This document shows positions 1 to 11,032 of a DNA stretch of 64,000 nucleotides, piece by piece. The stretch spans positions 3,168,001 through 3,232,000 of the forward strand of contig OY762069.1 of the NCBI GenBank assembly GCA_963665095.1, read 5' to 3'. The notes under the pieces were generated by a model that was not told the origin of the DNA, ran no database searches, and saw only the letters and a list, made by a program, of their open reading frames with translations. The translations under genes and the position numbers were made by a program. This DNA comes from an uncultured Desulfobacter sp. (GTDB lineage Bacteria > Desulfobacterota > Desulfobacteria > Desulfobacterales > Desulfobacteraceae). Each line of letters begins with the position of its first letter. Within the stretch, counting starts at the first letter, position 1.

Positions 1-196
1 TCCAGCTTTTGCCCTGTCTTTTTGCCTTTCTGGTCATCGCGACCCTGGCTGCCTCAATCTGCCTTGCATTTACGTATCCGCATTCCACGGCCTGCAGTCC
101 AAAATCTCCAAAACTCAAGGTATTCCCACGATTAGGAGTGCCTTTGGTTCTGCCACGGAACTGTTTACGGTATTTAATATTTCTAGGACTCAGCAT
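1..196 (-). CDS. rplP: 50S ribosomal protein L16 (N-terminal part, runs off window)
   Basis: Manual translation [19 protein letters not shown]...[11 protein letters not shown]; follows rpsC. Confidence 0.95.
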   Translation of the reverse strand, partial: MLSPRNIKYRKQFRGRTKGTPNRGNTLSFGDFGLQAVECGYVNARQIEAARVAMTRKAKRQGKSW

Positions 197-219
197 CTGC
201 TACTTTCTCCTTATTGCAT

Positions 220-873
220 CTAATTGGTTGCCAGAGTCTGTTCACCAGGGCTTAAGACCTCACCCTTGAAAATAAACACCTTGATACCAATGGTACCATA
301 GGTGGTTTTGGCTTCAATGAATCCGTAATCAACATCTGCCCGAAGTGTGTGCAGAGGGATCCGGCCTTCCTTGTACCATTCGGTCCTAGCCATTTCAGCG
401 CCGCCTAGTCGACCAGAACAGATTATTTTAATACCTTTTGCTCCAAATCTCATGGCCGAGGAGACACTTCTTTTCATTGCTCTTCTAAAGGCAATCCGTT
501 TTTCGAGCTGGCTGGCAATATTTTCTGCCACCAGTTGTGCGTCGGTTTCAGGTCTTCTGACCTCTTTGATATCAATCAGAACATCAGGTTGGAGCATCTT
601 TTCAAGCTCTTGTTTCAGCAGCGCAATTTCAGCACCCTTTTTACCAATAATAATACCGGGTCTAGCAGCGAATACTCTGAGCCGGATCTGTTTTGAAAAT
701 CGCTCAATTTCTATCTTGGAAATCCCAGCATGGTACAGCTTATTTTTCAAGAATTTTCTGACCTTGAAATCTTCTTCGACAAAGTTTGCATAATCTTTGT
801 CAGCATACCACCTGGAATCCCATGTTCTGATGATGCCTAATCTTAGCCCGGTAGGATTTACTTTCTGGCCCAA
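220..873 (-). CDS. rpsC: 30S ribosomal protein S3 (TTG start)
   Basis: [24 protein letters not shown] motifs; S10 operon order. Confidence 0.98.
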   Translation of the reverse strand: MGQKVNPTGLRLGIIRTWDSRWYADKDYANFVEEDFKVRKFLKNKLYHAGISKIEIERFSKQIRLRVFAARPGIIIGKKGAEIALLKQELEKMLQPDVLIDIKEVRRPETDAQLVAENIASQLEKRIAFRRAMKRSVSSAMRFGAKGIKIICSGRLGGAEMARTEWYKEGRIPLHTLRADVDYGFIEAKTTYGTIGIKVFIFKGEVLSPGEQTLATN

Positions 874-889
874 GCCTTTTCCTCCTTGT

Positions 890-1225
890 TTAGACGATTT
901 CTTCTACAATCACGGTTATATGACTGGTTCTTTTCAAAATACGGGCAGCTCTTCCCCTTGCCCGCGGCCTGAACCGTTTCATGGACGGACCATGATCAAC
1001 AATCACGTTTTTCACTACCAGTTTATCAACATCCATATCATTGTTGTGCTCGGCATTGGCGATGGCAGACTGCAGAGTCTTGTACATGATGCCTGCCGCT
1101 TTCAACGGCATGAACTTCAATAATGTCAACGCCTGCTCGGCGTTTTTGCCTTTGATTTCGCTGATGGGCAGCCGAAGCTTAAACGGAGAGATTCTTGTAT
1201 ATCTTGTAGTCGCTTTAACTTCCAT
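890..1225 (-). CDS. rplV: 50S ribosomal protein L22
   Basis: [17 protein letters not shown] motifs. Confidence 0.98.
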   Translation of the reverse strand: MEVKATTRYTRISPFKLRLPISEIKGKNAEQALTLLKFMPLKAAGIMYKTLQSAIANAEHNNDMDVDKLVVKNVIVDHGPSMKRFRPRARGRAARILKRTSHITVIVEEIV

Positions 1226-1253
1226 TTTAAAATTCCCTTTAAATCATGACAGA

Positions 1254-1529
1254 TTACCGTTTGGCTTTCTTATCTGCGGCATGACCCCAATATGTTCTTG
1301 TAGGTGAAAATTCACCAAGCTTATGCCCCACCATATTTTCCGTTACAAATACGGGAATAAATTTTTTCCCGTTGTGGACGGCAAACGTAACACCAACCAT
1401 TTCCGGCAAAACAGTGGATCGACGAGACCAGGTTTTAATAACTTTATTGCTGTTGGACTTCTGGGCATCCAGAGTTTTTTTCAAAAGCTCCGGCGCGATA
1501 TAGGGTCCTTTTTTTAATGATCTTGGCAT
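1254..1529 (-). CDS. rpsS: 30S ribosomal protein S19
   Basis: [20 protein letters not shown]. Confidence 0.98.
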   Translation of the reverse strand: MPRSLKKGPYIAPELLKKTLDAQKSNSNKVIKTWSRRSTVLPEMVGVTFAVHNGKKFIPVFVTENMVGHKLGEFSPTRTYWGHAADKKAKR

Positions 1530-1539
1530 AATTAATCAC

Positions 1540-2373
1540 CTATTTCCTTTTAGCCCTTCTTTTTACAATATACTGATCCGTCCTGGCATTATTCCGGGTT
1601 CTCTTACCCTTGGCAGGCACACCCCAGGGAGAACAGGGTTGACGGCCACCGGAAGACCGGCCTTCGCCACCACCCATGGGATGATCAACAGGATTCATTG
1701 CCACACCGCGAACAGAGGGTCTTTTACCCATCCACCGGCTGCGCCCTGCCTTACCGATAGACACATCGCTGTGTTTCTCATTGCCCACACGGCCAACCGT
1801 TGCTTTGCACTTCAGATGAATCATGCGTACTTCGCCGGAAGGAAGCAACACCTGGGCATATGTACCCTCTTTTGCCATTAAACGAGCGTATCCGCCGGCG
1901 CTTCTGACGATCTGACCGCCCTTATTCTGCTTGAGTTCAATATTATGAATTCTGGTACCTGTCGGGATGTTTTCCAACGGAAGACAATTGCCTGGTTTAA
2001 TATCGGCCTGAGGACCGGTTTCAAGGATGTCTCCGATTTTAACATCCAGGGGAGCCAGGATATATCTTTTTTCACCATCAGCATAAGTTAAAAGTGCTAT
2101 CCGAGCTGATCTGTTAGGATCATATTCAATGGCACTAACTTTAGCTGGGATACCATCTTTATCACGTTTGAAATCAATAATGCGGTATTTTTTCTTTGCG
2201 CCACCACCTCTGTGTTTAGCTGTAATTCTACCGTAAGAGTTCCGGCCGGACCGTTTGTTCAGATTTTTGGTCAGGTTACGTTCAGGTTGAGTTTTTGTAA
2301 TTTCTTCAAAAGAAAGGTACTCCTGAGCGCGTCTTCCCGGAGATGTCGGCTTGGTCTTAACTATTGTTGACAT
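1540..2373 (-). CDS. rplB: 50S ribosomal protein L2
   Basis: [31 protein letters not shown]. Confidence 0.99.
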   Translation of the reverse strand: MSTIVKTKPTSPGRRAQEYLSFEEITKTQPERNLTKNLNKRSGRNSYGRITAKHRGGGAKKKYRIIDFKRDKDGIPAKVSAIEYDPNRSARIALLTYADGEKRYILAPLDVKIGDILETGPQADIKPGNCLPLENIPTGTRIHNIELKQNKGGQIVRSAGGYARLMAKEGTYAQVLLPSGEVRMIHLKCKATVGRVGNEKHSDVSIGKAGRSRWMGKRPSVRGVAMNPVDHPMGGGEGRSSGGRQPCSPWGVPAKGKRTRNNARTDQYIVKRRAKRK

Positions 2374-2385
2374 ATTAATACCTCT

Positions 2386-2673
2386 TTACACACCTTCAAA
2401 AAAATCAATTCGTTGTCCGGGCATCAGAGTGACAATGGCCTTCTTCCAGTCGCTTTTCTTCCCGATAATCCTGCCGCGCTGTTTGACCTTACCTTTAACC
2501 TGTACGGTTCTAACCTGCTTGACCCGTGCATTGAACGCCTTTTCAACAGCATTTTTTATTTCTACCCGGTTGGCCTGCTTTGCAACTTTGAATGTTATTT
2601 GATTACAAAGCTCTTTTTGAAGGGTCGTTTTTTCAGTGACCACAGGTCCTCTGAGGATGTCATATTCTTTCAT
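2386..2673 (-). CDS. rplW: 50S ribosomal protein L23
   Basis: [14 protein letters not shown]. Confidence 0.97.
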   Translation of the reverse strand: MKEYDILRGPVVTEKTTLQKELCNQITFKVAKQANRVEIKNAVEKAFNARVKQVRTVQVKGKVKQRGRIIGKKSDWKKAIVTLMPGQRIDFFEGV

Positions 2674-2674
2674 A

Positions 2675-3295
2675 TTAGCTCAGCCTCCCCTTGATGTTTT
2701 CAATGCTTGATTCAACTATAAGAAGGTTTTTAAACTTTAGAATATCGTAGACATTGAGGCCTTGGGTTTTGATTACTTTAACATCCGGAATATTTCTGGA
2801 GGACAAAGCAAGTTTTGTATCATCAGCATCTGAAACGATCAGAAGATCATTGAGTTTCAGGACAGAAAGAATTTCTGTCAGTGCCTTGGTCTTAATTTCT
2901 TCAAGCTCAAGCGTATCAATCACGAAAATTTGGCTTTCCAAAGCTTTGGCGCTAAGGGCCATTTTAAGTGCCAGCTTTCTTACCTTTTTTGGCACTTTGA
3001 TGTCATAGGATCTAGGGTTAGGACCAAAAATAACCCCGCCGCCTTTTCTCAGCGGAGACTTGATACTACCGGCTCTGGCGTTGCCGGTTCCTTTCTGCCT
3101 GAATAATTTTTTCGTAGAACCTGCAACCATACCTCTGGTCTTAGACGCAGCAGTCCCCTCCCGTTTTGCAACGAGCTGGGACCGAACGACTTCGTGAAGA
3201 ACACTTGTTTTGACCGGTATGCTGAAAATTTCGTCAGGCAGATCTGTCTCAGACACTCTTACGCCTGCACTGTTTAATACATCTACAGCAGCCAT
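2675..3295 (-). CDS. rplD: 50S ribosomal protein L4
   Basis: [22 protein letters not shown]. Confidence 0.98.
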   Translation of the reverse strand: MAAVDVLNSAGVRVSETDLPDEIFSIPVKTSVLHEVVRSQLVAKREGTAASKTRGMVAGSTKKLFRQKGTGNARAGSIKSPLRKGGGVIFGPNPRSYDIKVPKKVRKLALKMALSAKALESQIFVIDTLELEEIKTKALTEILSVLKLNDLLIVSDADDTKLALSSRNIPDVKVIKTQGLNVYDILKFKNLLIVESSIENIKGRLS

Positions 3296-3419
3296 TATTC
3301 TTCCTCTTCAATTTTGATCGACTATGCATCACTGCGAAGTATTTGCAATACCCATAGCCGCGTTTTGTCTTCTACAACTCTGACGTAGTACACCTAAAGG
3401 TGCCTAAAAAACGTAATCC

Positions 3420-4052
3420 TTACGATTTTACATCAGTTTTACGCACTTCAATAACCCCTGTTTTAAAGCCTGGTACAGCACCTTTTACAAGAAGAAGGTT
3501 ATCGTCATGTTTGATATCGACAATTGTCAGATTTTTAACCGTAACTTTATCCACACCTTTATGACCGGGCAGTCTTTTACCCTTTATGACTTTTGCCGGC
3601 CATGCAGAGTTACCTATGGAACCTGGTTTTCTGTGGTTTCTGTTACCATGGGTTTCAGGTCCGCGAGAAAATCCATGCCGTTTAATGGTACCTTGAAAGC
3701 CCCGGCCTTTGGAAATTCCTGTTACAGAGACCTTGTCTCCGATTGAGAACATATTGATATCAATTGTCGCGCCTGCTTCAATGTCTTCAATTTTGTCCTG
3801 TCGGAATTCTTTTAAAACTCTGAAACCTTTGTCCGATGTTTTTTTCAGATGTCCTGCAATGGGCTTATTCAACCGCTCGACCGGTTTTTCATCAAACCCA
3901 AGCTGCAAAGCTGTGTACCCGTCTGAAATTTGTGTTTTTATCTGAGTTACAACACAAGGGCCAACCTGCAGCACGGTAACAGGAACGAGCTGTCCATCGG
4001 AGGTAAACACATTGGTCATCCCGATTTTTTTTCCAAGCAATCCACTCATCAT
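3420..4052 (-). CDS. rplC: 50S ribosomal protein L3
   Basis: GKKIGMT, SKGRGFQGTIKRHGF. Confidence 0.98.
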   Translation of the reverse strand: MMSGLLGKKIGMTNVFTSDGQLVPVTVLQVGPCVVTQIKTQISDGYTALQLGFDEKPVERLNKPIAGHLKKTSDKGFRVLKEFRQDKIEDIEAGATIDINMFSIGDKVSVTGISKGRGFQGTIKRHGFSRGPETHGNRNHRKPGSIGNSAWPAKVIKGKRLPGHKGVDKVTVKNLTIVDIKHDDNLLLVKGAVPGFKTGVIEVRKTDVKS

Positions 4053-4076
4053 AGCATTAAAGTCCCTGTTATTGCG

Positions 4077-4385
4077 CTATAGCTTAATTTCGACATCCAC
4101 ACCAGGGGACAGGTCAAGCTTCATCAACGCATCCACTGTTTGCTGTGTAGGCTCAAGGATATCCATCATTCTTTTGTGCGTTCTGATTTCAAACTGCTCA
4201 CGAGATTTTTTATTCACATGAGGGGAACGCAGCACAGTAAATTTATTGATTCTTGTCGGAAGAGGAACCGGCCCCACAATTCTGGCGCCGGTTTTCCTTG
4301 CCGTATCAACAATATCTACTGAAGACTGATCAAGCAGCTTATGATCATAAGCTTTGAGCCTAATTCTTATTTTAGTCTTCAACAT
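4077..4385 (-). CDS. rpsJ: 30S ribosomal protein S10
   Basis: [29 protein letters not shown]. Confidence 0.99.
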   Translation of the reverse strand: MLKTKIRIRLKAYDHKLLDQSSVDIVDTARKTGARIVGPVPLPTRINKFTVLRSPHVNKKSREQFEIRTHKRMMDILEPTQQTVDALMKLDLSPGVDVEIKL

Positions 4386-4400
4386 TATAATTGTTCTTTC

Positions 4401-5594
4401 TTATTCTACAATTTCACCAACAACACCAGCGCCAACAGTACGGCCGCCTTCACGGATAGCAAAACGCAGCTCTTTTTCCATGGCGATGGGGTTAATCAGC
4501 TCAACGTTAATAGTTGCGTTATCACCAGGCATGATCATTTCAACGCCCTCATCCAATGTCAGAACACCTGTAATGTCAGTGGTTCTGAAAAAGAACTGGG
4601 GTCTGTAGCCAGTGAAGAAAGGAGTATGACGTCCGCCCTCTTCCTTGCTCAATGCATACATTTCAGCTTTGAACTTGGTATGAGGTGTAATGGTACCCGG
4701 CTTGCAAACAACCTGGCCGCGCTCAACCTGATCACGTTTGGTTCCTCTCAAAAGCAGGCCAACGTTATCACCAGCCTGACCCTCGTCCAGAAGTTTTCTA
4801 AACATCTCAACGCCGGTACAAACGGTTTTAGCAGTATCTCTGATCCCAACAATTTCGATTTCATCGCCGGTTTTAACAATACCACGCTCAATACGACCTG
4901 TTACAACAGTTCCTCGACCTGAAATAGAGAACACGTCTTCAATTGGCATCAGGAAGGGTTTGGCGGTATCTCTTTCGGGCTCCGGAACATACGAATCAAG
5001 AACATTAAGAAGCTCAAAAACTGGTTTGGCTTCTTCGGCATCGACATCGTCGCATTCAAGTGCTTTAAGGGCCGAACCACGGATGATGGGTGTTTCGTCA
5101 CCAGGGAATTCATAAGTATCTAGCAGTTCCTGTAGTTCCATTTCAACCAGCTCAATAAGCTCTTCATCATCAACCATGTCGCATTTGTTCAAAAACACAA
5201 CAATTTTGGGAACGCCGACCTGACGGGCAAGCAGAATGTGCTCACGAGTCTGAGGCATGGGACCGTCATCAGCAGACACAACAAGAATCGCGCCGTCCAT
5301 CTGAGCAGCACCGGTGATCATGTTTTTGATATAGTCAGCATGGCCCGGACAGTCAACATGTGCGTAGTGGCGCGCATCGGTTTCATATTCGACATGGGCA
5401 GTCGCGATGGTAATACCACGTTCTCTTTCTTCAGGCGCCTTGTCGATTTCATCAAAGGGAACATAGGTCCCCTGGCCCTTCAATCCGGCAAGCTTGGTGA
5501 TTGCCGCGGTCAGAGTAGTTTTCCCATGATCGATATGACCGATAGTACCAATGTTTACATGCGGTTTGGTCCGCTCAAATTTCTCCTTAGCCAT
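4401..5594 (-). CDS. tuf: Elongation factor Tu
   Basis: [22 protein letters not shown]-protein motifs; [13 protein letters not shown]. Confidence 0.99.
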   Translation of the reverse strand: MAKEKFERTKPHVNIGTIGHIDHGKTTLTAAITKLAGLKGQGTYVPFDEIDKAPEERERGITIATAHVEYETDARHYAHVDCPGHADYIKNMITGAAQMDGAILVVSADDGPMPQTREHILLARQVGVPKIVVFLNKCDMVDDEELIELVEMELQELLDTYEFPGDETPIIRGSALKALECDDVDAEEAKPVFELLNVLDSYVPEPERDTAKPFLMPIEDVFSISGRGTVVTGRIERGIVKTGDEIEIVGIRDTAKTVCTGVEMFRKLLDEGQAGDNVGLLLRGTKRDQVERGQVVCKPGTITPHTKFKAEMYALSKEEGGRHTPFFTGYRPQFFFRTTDITGVLTLDEGVEMIMPGDNATINVELINPIAMEKELRFAIREGGRTVGAGVVGEIVE

Positions 5595-5641
5595 CTTCTC
5601 TATTCCTCCTGTGGAATGTTTTCAAAGATATTTTTTAAATA

Positions 5642-6109
5642 TTACCACCTAAAATGAGCGAATGCTTTATTTGCTTCAGCCATTTTATGCGTATCTTCTT
5701 TCTTTTTGATTGCACCACCACGCTCGTTATAAGCATCCATCACCTCAGCAGCAAGCTTATTCGCAAAACCCTTTTCAGAACGGTTTCTGCTGAAGTTGAT
5801 AAGCCACCTGAAAGCCAAAGCCATCTGACGGCCGGGTTTAATATCTGTGGGCACCTGATAGGTTGACCCGCCAATCCTTCTAGACTTCACTTCAACAGAA
5901 GGCTTAATATTATCAATTGCCTTTTTAAACACATTCAATGCAGGCTCGCCAACTTTGTCTTCAGCGATCATCAATGCATTGGCCACTACTTTCCGGGCAG
6001 CATTTTTCTTGCCGTCTTTCATAACACAGTTGATAAACTTTGCTGCAAGTTTTTCTTCCTGTGTGGCATCCTTAATAAAACCTTCTTTAAACACTATTTT
6101 TTCTGCCAT
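5642..6109 (-). CDS. rpsG: 30S ribosomal protein S7 (divergent N-terminus)
   Basis: VEVKSRRIGGSTYQVP, MAEANKAFAHFRW. Confidence 0.97.
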   Translation of the reverse strand: MAEKIVFKEGFIKDATQEEKLAAKFINCVMKDGKKNAARKVVANALMIAEDKVGEPALNVFKKAIDNIKPSVEVKSRRIGGSTYQVPTDIKPGRQMALAFRWLINFSRNRSEKGFANKLAAEVMDAYNERGGAIKKKEDTHKMAEANKAFAHFRW

Positions 6110-6162
6110 CTCAAAAGTCCACCAAATTTATATTCCATTAAAATGAATACATATTCCTATGA

Positions 6163-6534
6163 TCACTTGGGACGCTTGGCTCCGTATTTCGAACGCCCCT
6201 GACGCCGATCATCCACACCCAGGGTATCCAGCGCACCCCTGACGATGTGATACCGCACACCTGGAAGGTCCTTTACCCTGCCACCCCTGACCAGAACAAC
6301 GGAGTGCTCCTGAAGATTATGCCCCATACCCGGGATATAGGCAGCGACTTCCATTCCGGTGGTCAAACGTACCCTAGCAACTTTACGCAGGGCTGAGTTC
6401 GGTTTTTTAGGAGTAGAAGTATAGACCCTGGTGCAAACACCTCGTTTTTGCGGACCACCCTTTAAAGCAGGTGTATTTACCTTCTTTTCAGATTTTTTTC
6501 TACCTTTTCTCACCAATTGATTAATGGTCGGCAT
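6163..6534 (-). CDS. rpsL: 30S ribosomal protein S12
   Basis: [29 protein letters not shown]; start moved to the ATG at 6534. Confidence 0.98.
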   Translation of the reverse strand: MPTINQLVRKGRKKSEKKVNTPALKGGPQKRGVCTRVYTSTPKKPNSALRKVARVRLTTGMEVAAYIPGMGHNLQEHSVVLVRGGRVKDLPGVRYHIVRGALDTLGVDDRRQGRSKYGAKRPK

Positions 6535-6593
6535 ATCTCTCCACACGCTCCTTCATCAAACGTAATAAGTCGTCATACACGACAAAATATTCA

Positions 6594-6622
6594 ATCCTAC
6601 GTTTACTTTTTTAAAATGTCAA
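6594..6622 (-). promoter_or_regulatory. Sigma70-type promoter for rpsL-rpsG-tuf-S10
   Basis: TTGACA-17 nt-TAGGAT on minus strand between rpoC and rpsL. Confidence 0.7.
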
Positions 6623-6639
6623 TAATTATTTAATTTTTC

Positions 6640-9600
6640 TTAGACTTCAGCCACCTGACCATACCCAACTTCAATATTCCGATATCCTGGAAAACCTGTA
6701 CCTGCAGGAATTAGGCGGCCCATTACAACGTTTTCTTTTAACCCCTTAAGGCTGTCATATTTCCCTTCAATTGCTGCGAGTGTTAAAACTTTAGTCGTCT
6801 CCTGGAAGGATGCTGCTGACAGAAAACTATCTGTAGATAAAGAGGCTTTGGTAATACCCAGAATGAGAGGCTCGCCTTTAGCAGGTTCACCACCCTCCAT
6901 AGCCACCTTTCGATTGGTTTCCTCAAACAAAATCCGGTCAACCTGTTCATCCGGAATGAAATTCGTATCTCCAGTGGAAACGACCTTTACCCTCCGCATC
7001 ATCTGTCGGATAACCACTTCGATGTGCTTGTCGTTGATGCGCACACCTTGAAGCCTGTATACTTCCTGCACCTCATCAACGAGGTATTTGGCCAGGGCAA
7101 CCTCACCTTTTATATTCATGATATCCTGGGGATTTGCAGACCCTGCAATCAAAGGATCGCCTGCCTTCACATAGTCTCCGTCATATACAGATACATGCTG
7201 TCCTTTAGGGATAGAATATTCTTTTGCCTCTCCGACATCAGAGGGTTTTATAATCACTTTCTGCCGCCCCTTAGTTCCTTTGGCGACAGAGACATAGCCG
7301 TCAATTTCCGTCAGTACTGCCGGATCTTTAGGCTTTCTCACCTCAAAAAGCTCAGCAACTCTTGGCAAACCGCCTGTGATATCCTTAGTTTTTGTGGTTG
7401 CCCTGGGCAACTTCGCGATAACATCGCCCGCCATTATTGCATCATCCTCATCCACCGTGAGAATCGCGTTTACCGGGAGATAATACCTGGCAGGAGTTTT
7501 TGAATTGGGCAGCTTTACGGCCTTTCCCTCTTTATCCTTAACCGTGATTCTTGGCCGAACCTCAATGTCCTTACTTTCAGTAATGGTTCGTGACACCTTG
7601 CCGGTAACCGGGTCTATCTGTTCCTGCACTGTATTGCCCACAAGAATATCTGCAAATCGGACCCGTCCAGATACTTCCGTTATAATTGGCGTGGTAAACG
7701 GATCCCATGAAGCAATAATATCTCCCGGCTCTATGGCCTGCCCGTCTTTCACATGCAAGGTTGCACCATAAATTACATTTTCTTTGGCACGCTCTCTGCC
7801 CTCTTCACCCACAATTGTGATACCACCACCTTTCCGGTTCATCACTATAACATCGCCTTGGGCAGAGGTGACCATCTGGATATCTTCATTAAATTTTAAA
7901 ATTCCACCTACTCGCGCCTTAATCTCTGCCACCTCAACTTTTCGGGAGGCTGTTCCGCCAATATGAAAGGTACGCATAGTCAACTGGGTTCCTGGCTCGC
8001 CAATAGACTGGGCTGCAACTATACCTATGGCTTGGCCAATCTCGACAGTAGCGCCATGGGCAAGGTCACGACCATAGCATCTTGAACAAACACCATGCTT
8101 TGAATTGCAGGTCAAAACCGATCTAATTTTAACCTTTTGAACGCCGGCCGCCTCGATTTTGGCGACATGCGTTTCATTAAGTTCCGTATCCGATGCTACA
8201 ATAAATTCATCTGAATAGGGATCCCGAATATCTTCCTGGGTTACCCTGCCAAGAATACGCTCTCCAAGGGTCTGGATGATCTCGCCACCTTCATACAGGG
8301 CTTCAACTTCAATGCCATTAATAGTCCCGCAATCCTTCTCAACAATAGTGCAATCCTGACCAACATCGGCGAGACGACGTGTTAAATACCCGGAATTTGC
8401 CGTTTTAAGGGCAGTATCTGCCAGGCCTTTACGAGCACCGTGAGTGGATATAAAATACTGAAGCACAGAAAGCCCCTCACGAAAGCATGCTGTGATCGGA
8501 TTTTCAATAATTTCCCCGGATGGCTTGGCCATAAGCCCACGCATACCAGCCAGCTGACGCATCTGATCTTTAGAACCACGGGCTCCCGAGTCAGCCATAA
8601 CATATACCGCATTAAGCACTTCCCTGGCGTCTGCACCATCTTTTCTGGGCGGATTTTTCATCACCTCCATCATGGCGTTGGCGATGTCATCCGTAGCCTG
8701 AGCCCAAATATCGACTACCTTGTTATATTTTTCTCCCTGGGTAATTAACCCTTCAGAATATTGATTTTTTATATCTTCAATATTTTTTTCGGCTTTGGCA
8801 ACAAGATCCCATTTGCTCTCTGGAATAATCATATCGTCTATACAGATTGACAGGCCGCCAAGGGTTGAATTTTTATACCCGATATCTTTTAGCCGATCTG
8901 ACAGGATTACGGTCTCTTTAAGGCCGATGTTCCTGTATGCATAGTCAATCAGTTTAACTATGGACCCTTTGTCCATCAGTTTGTTTACCAGGGAAAACGG
9001 TAGCGTAGAGTTCCTTTCGTCCACTTTAAAAATGGTATACTTTTCTCCCACCATCCGTATATCTGTGAACTGATCTTTTTTAAGGCCATACAGCTGTTCA
9101 ACAACCACATCAGAGACCTGAAAAATATTTTTAAATTCTTTCCTTGTCAAAACGCCGGTTTTACCACGGGTTTTCTTTATTTCCTCATCGCCATATTTTT
9201 CAAGAGCAGCATCAAAGTCTCCCCCGGCCTCCAACTCTTCAAGTGCCGCCTCTGCATCTTCATAGCTCTCGGTACGGATACGGCTCATGTCAAGAAGCAC
9301 ATCCCCAGGTATAGTCTCCCAAAGAAGAATCCGACCACAGGTGGTATCATAAATGACATCATCGATACGAACCTTAATTTTTGCATGAATATCCAGTGCC
9401 CCGTTATCAAAGGCATAACGGACCTCTTCAATGCTGGAAAAGGTTATCCCCTCTCCTTCCATACCTGATACCGCCCGAGTCATATAATAAATACCTAAAA
9501 CAATATCCTGGGTAGGCACGATAATAGGCTGACCATTGGCAGGAGAAAGAATATTATTTGTTGACAGCATCATAACCCGCGCTTCAAGCTGTGATTCCAG

Positions 9601-11022
9601 GGAAAGCGGCACATGGACCGCCATCTGGTCACCGTCAAAGTCAGCATTAAATGCAGGGCATACCAGTGGATGCAATTGGATGGCCTTGCCTTCAATCAGC
9701 ACTGGTTCGAACGCCTGAAATCCAAGCCGGTGAAGTGTCGGAGCCCTGTTAAGCATCACCGGATACTCCTTGACCACAGCCTCAAGTGCATCCCAAACCT
9801 CGGTCTCTTCGCGCTCAACCATTTTTTTGGCACTCTTTACTGTTGAAACAAGACCTTTTTGTTCAAGATAATTATAGATAAAGGGTTTAAACAGTTCCAG
9901 CGCCATTTTCTTGGGAATGCCGCACTGATGAAGCCGCAGTTCAGAGCCAACGGTAATAACGGTACGCCCGGAATAATCCACACGTTTTCCAAGAAGATTC
10001 TGACGGAAGCGCCCCTGCTTGCCCTTCAGCGTGTCAGACAACGATTTTAAGGGACGTTTGTTCGTACCTGTCACAACACGGCCATGACGCCCATTGTCAA
10101 AAAGTACATCCACAGCTTCCTGCAACATCCGCTTTTCATTTCTGACAATAATATCAGGTGCATTAAGATCAACCAGTCGCTTAAGGCGGTTGTTGCGATT
10201 AAGTACTCGGCGATACAGATCGTTCAAATCGGAGGTGGCAAATCGCCCCCCCTCAAGAGGAACTAAAGGTCGCAAATCCGGCGGCAAAATTGGGCAAGCA
10301 GTTAAAATCATTCTGGAAGGTTCAATACCTGATGTCAGAAACGCGTCTATCACCTTCATACGTTTGGCCATTTTCTGCTGTTTAGCCTGCGATTTGGTCA
10401 GGCTGATCTCTTCTTTAAGCTCATCATGGACCGCCTGAAGATCTATTTCCTCTAACAGTATCAAAATGGCTTCCGCACCGATTCCGGCGACAAAACTTTC
10501 TTCACCAAATGCTTCGATGGCTTCATAATATTGATCATCTGACAGCAGTTGCATTTTTTTTAACCCCGTATCCTTAGGGTCGATCACAATATATGAATCA
10601 AAATACAACACCTTTTCAAGATTTTTTAAGGTCAGATCAAGCACATTGCCGATCTTAGAAGGCAGGCTTTTAAGAAACCAAATATGAGAAACTGGAGAGG
10701 CCAGTTCAATGTGGGCCATACGCTCACGCCGAACCTTGGACTGAATCACCTCAACACCACATTTTTCGCAAACCACACCCCGGTGCTTCATGCGTTTGTA
10801 TTTACCGCAGTTGCACTCATAATCCTTGGTCGGCCCAAAAACCTTAGCGCAGAATAGACCATCACGTTCCGGCTTAAACGTTCGATAATTTATAGTCTCA
10901 GGTTTTTTTATCTCTCCGTAGGACCATTCTCTTATCTGATCTGAAGATGCCAGGCTGATCTGAACGCCCTGGTAATTTTGGGGGTCTTTGGGTTTTGCGA
11001 AGAAATCATAAATATTGTCCAA
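6640..11022 (-). CDS. rpoC: RNA polymerase beta-prime subunit with ~99-aa lineage insertion
   Basis: [12 protein letters not shown] catalytic motif, Zn-finger Cys motifs, 1460 aa; TTG start. Confidence 0.99.
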   Translation of the reverse strand: MDNIYDFFAKPKDPQNYQGVQISLASSDQIREWSYGEIKKPETINYRTFKPERDGLFCAKVFGPTKDYECNCGKYKRMKHRGVVCEKCGVEVIQSKVRRERMAHIELASPVSHIWFLKSLPSKIGNVLDLTLKNLEKVLYFDSYIVIDPKDTGLKKMQLLSDDQYYEAIEAFGEESFVAGIGAEAILILLEEIDLQAVHDELKEEISLTKSQAKQQKMAKRMKVIDAFLTSGIEPSRMILTACPILPPDLRPLVPLEGGRFATSDLNDLYRRVLNRNNRLKRLVDLNAPDIIVRNEKRMLQEAVDVLFDNGRHGRVVTGTNKRPLKSLSDTLKGKQGRFRQNLLGKRVDYSGRTVITVGSELRLHQCGIPKKMALELFKPFIYNYLEQKGLVSTVKSAKKMVEREETEVWDALEAVVKEYPVMLNRAPTLHRLGFQAFEPVLIEGKAIQLHPLVCPAFNADFDGDQMAVHVPLSLESQLEARVMMLSTNNILSPANGQPIIVPTQDIVLGIYYMTRAVSGMEGEGITFSSIEEVRYAFDNGALDIHAKIKVRIDDVIYDTTCGRILLWETIPGDVLLDMSRIRTESYEDAEAALEELEAGGDFDAALEKYGDEEIKKTRGKTGVLTRKEFKNIFQVSDVVVEQLYGLKKDQFTDIRMVGEKYTIFKVDERNSTLPFSLVNKLMDKGSIVKLIDYAYRNIGLKETVILSDRLKDIGYKNSTLGGLSICIDDMIIPESKWDLVAKAEKNIEDIKNQYSEGLITQGEKYNKVVDIWAQATDDIANAMMEVMKNPPRKDGADAREVLNAVYVMADSGARGSKDQMRQLAGMRGLMAKPSGEIIENPITACFREGLSVLQYFISTHGARKGLADTALKTANSGYLTRRLADVGQDCTIVEKDCGTINGIEVEALYEGGEIIQTLGERILGRVTQEDIRDPYSDEFIVASDTELNETHVAKIEAAGVQKVKIRSVLTCNSKHGVCSRCYGRDLAHGATVEIGQAIGIVAAQSIGEPGTQLTMRTFHIGGTASRKVEVAEIKARVGGILKFNEDIQMVTSAQGDVIVMNRKGGGITIVGEEGRERAKENVIYGATLHVKDGQAIEPGDIIASWDPFTTPIITEVSGRVRFADILVGNTVQEQIDPVTGKVSRTITESKDIEVRPRITVKDKEGKAVKLPNSKTPARYYLPVNAILTVDEDDAIMAGDVIAKLPRATTKTKDITGGLPRVAELFEVRKPKDPAVLTEIDGYVSVAKGTKGRQKVIIKPSDVGEAKEYSIPKGQHVSVYDGDYVKAGDPLIAGSANPQDIMNIKGEVALAKYLVDEVQEVYRLQGVRINDKHIEVVIRQMMRRVKVVSTGDTNFIPDEQVDRILFEETNRKVAMEGGEPAKGEPLILGITKASLSTDSFLSAASFQETTKVLTLAAIEGKYDSLKGLKENVVMGRLIPAGTGFPGYRNIEVGYGQVAEV

Positions 11023-11032
11023 TGTCTTCTCC

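Noticed and set aside
9007..9303. RpoC insertion as an intein
   Set aside because: No N-terminal Cys/Ser block or C-terminal His-Asn splice motif.
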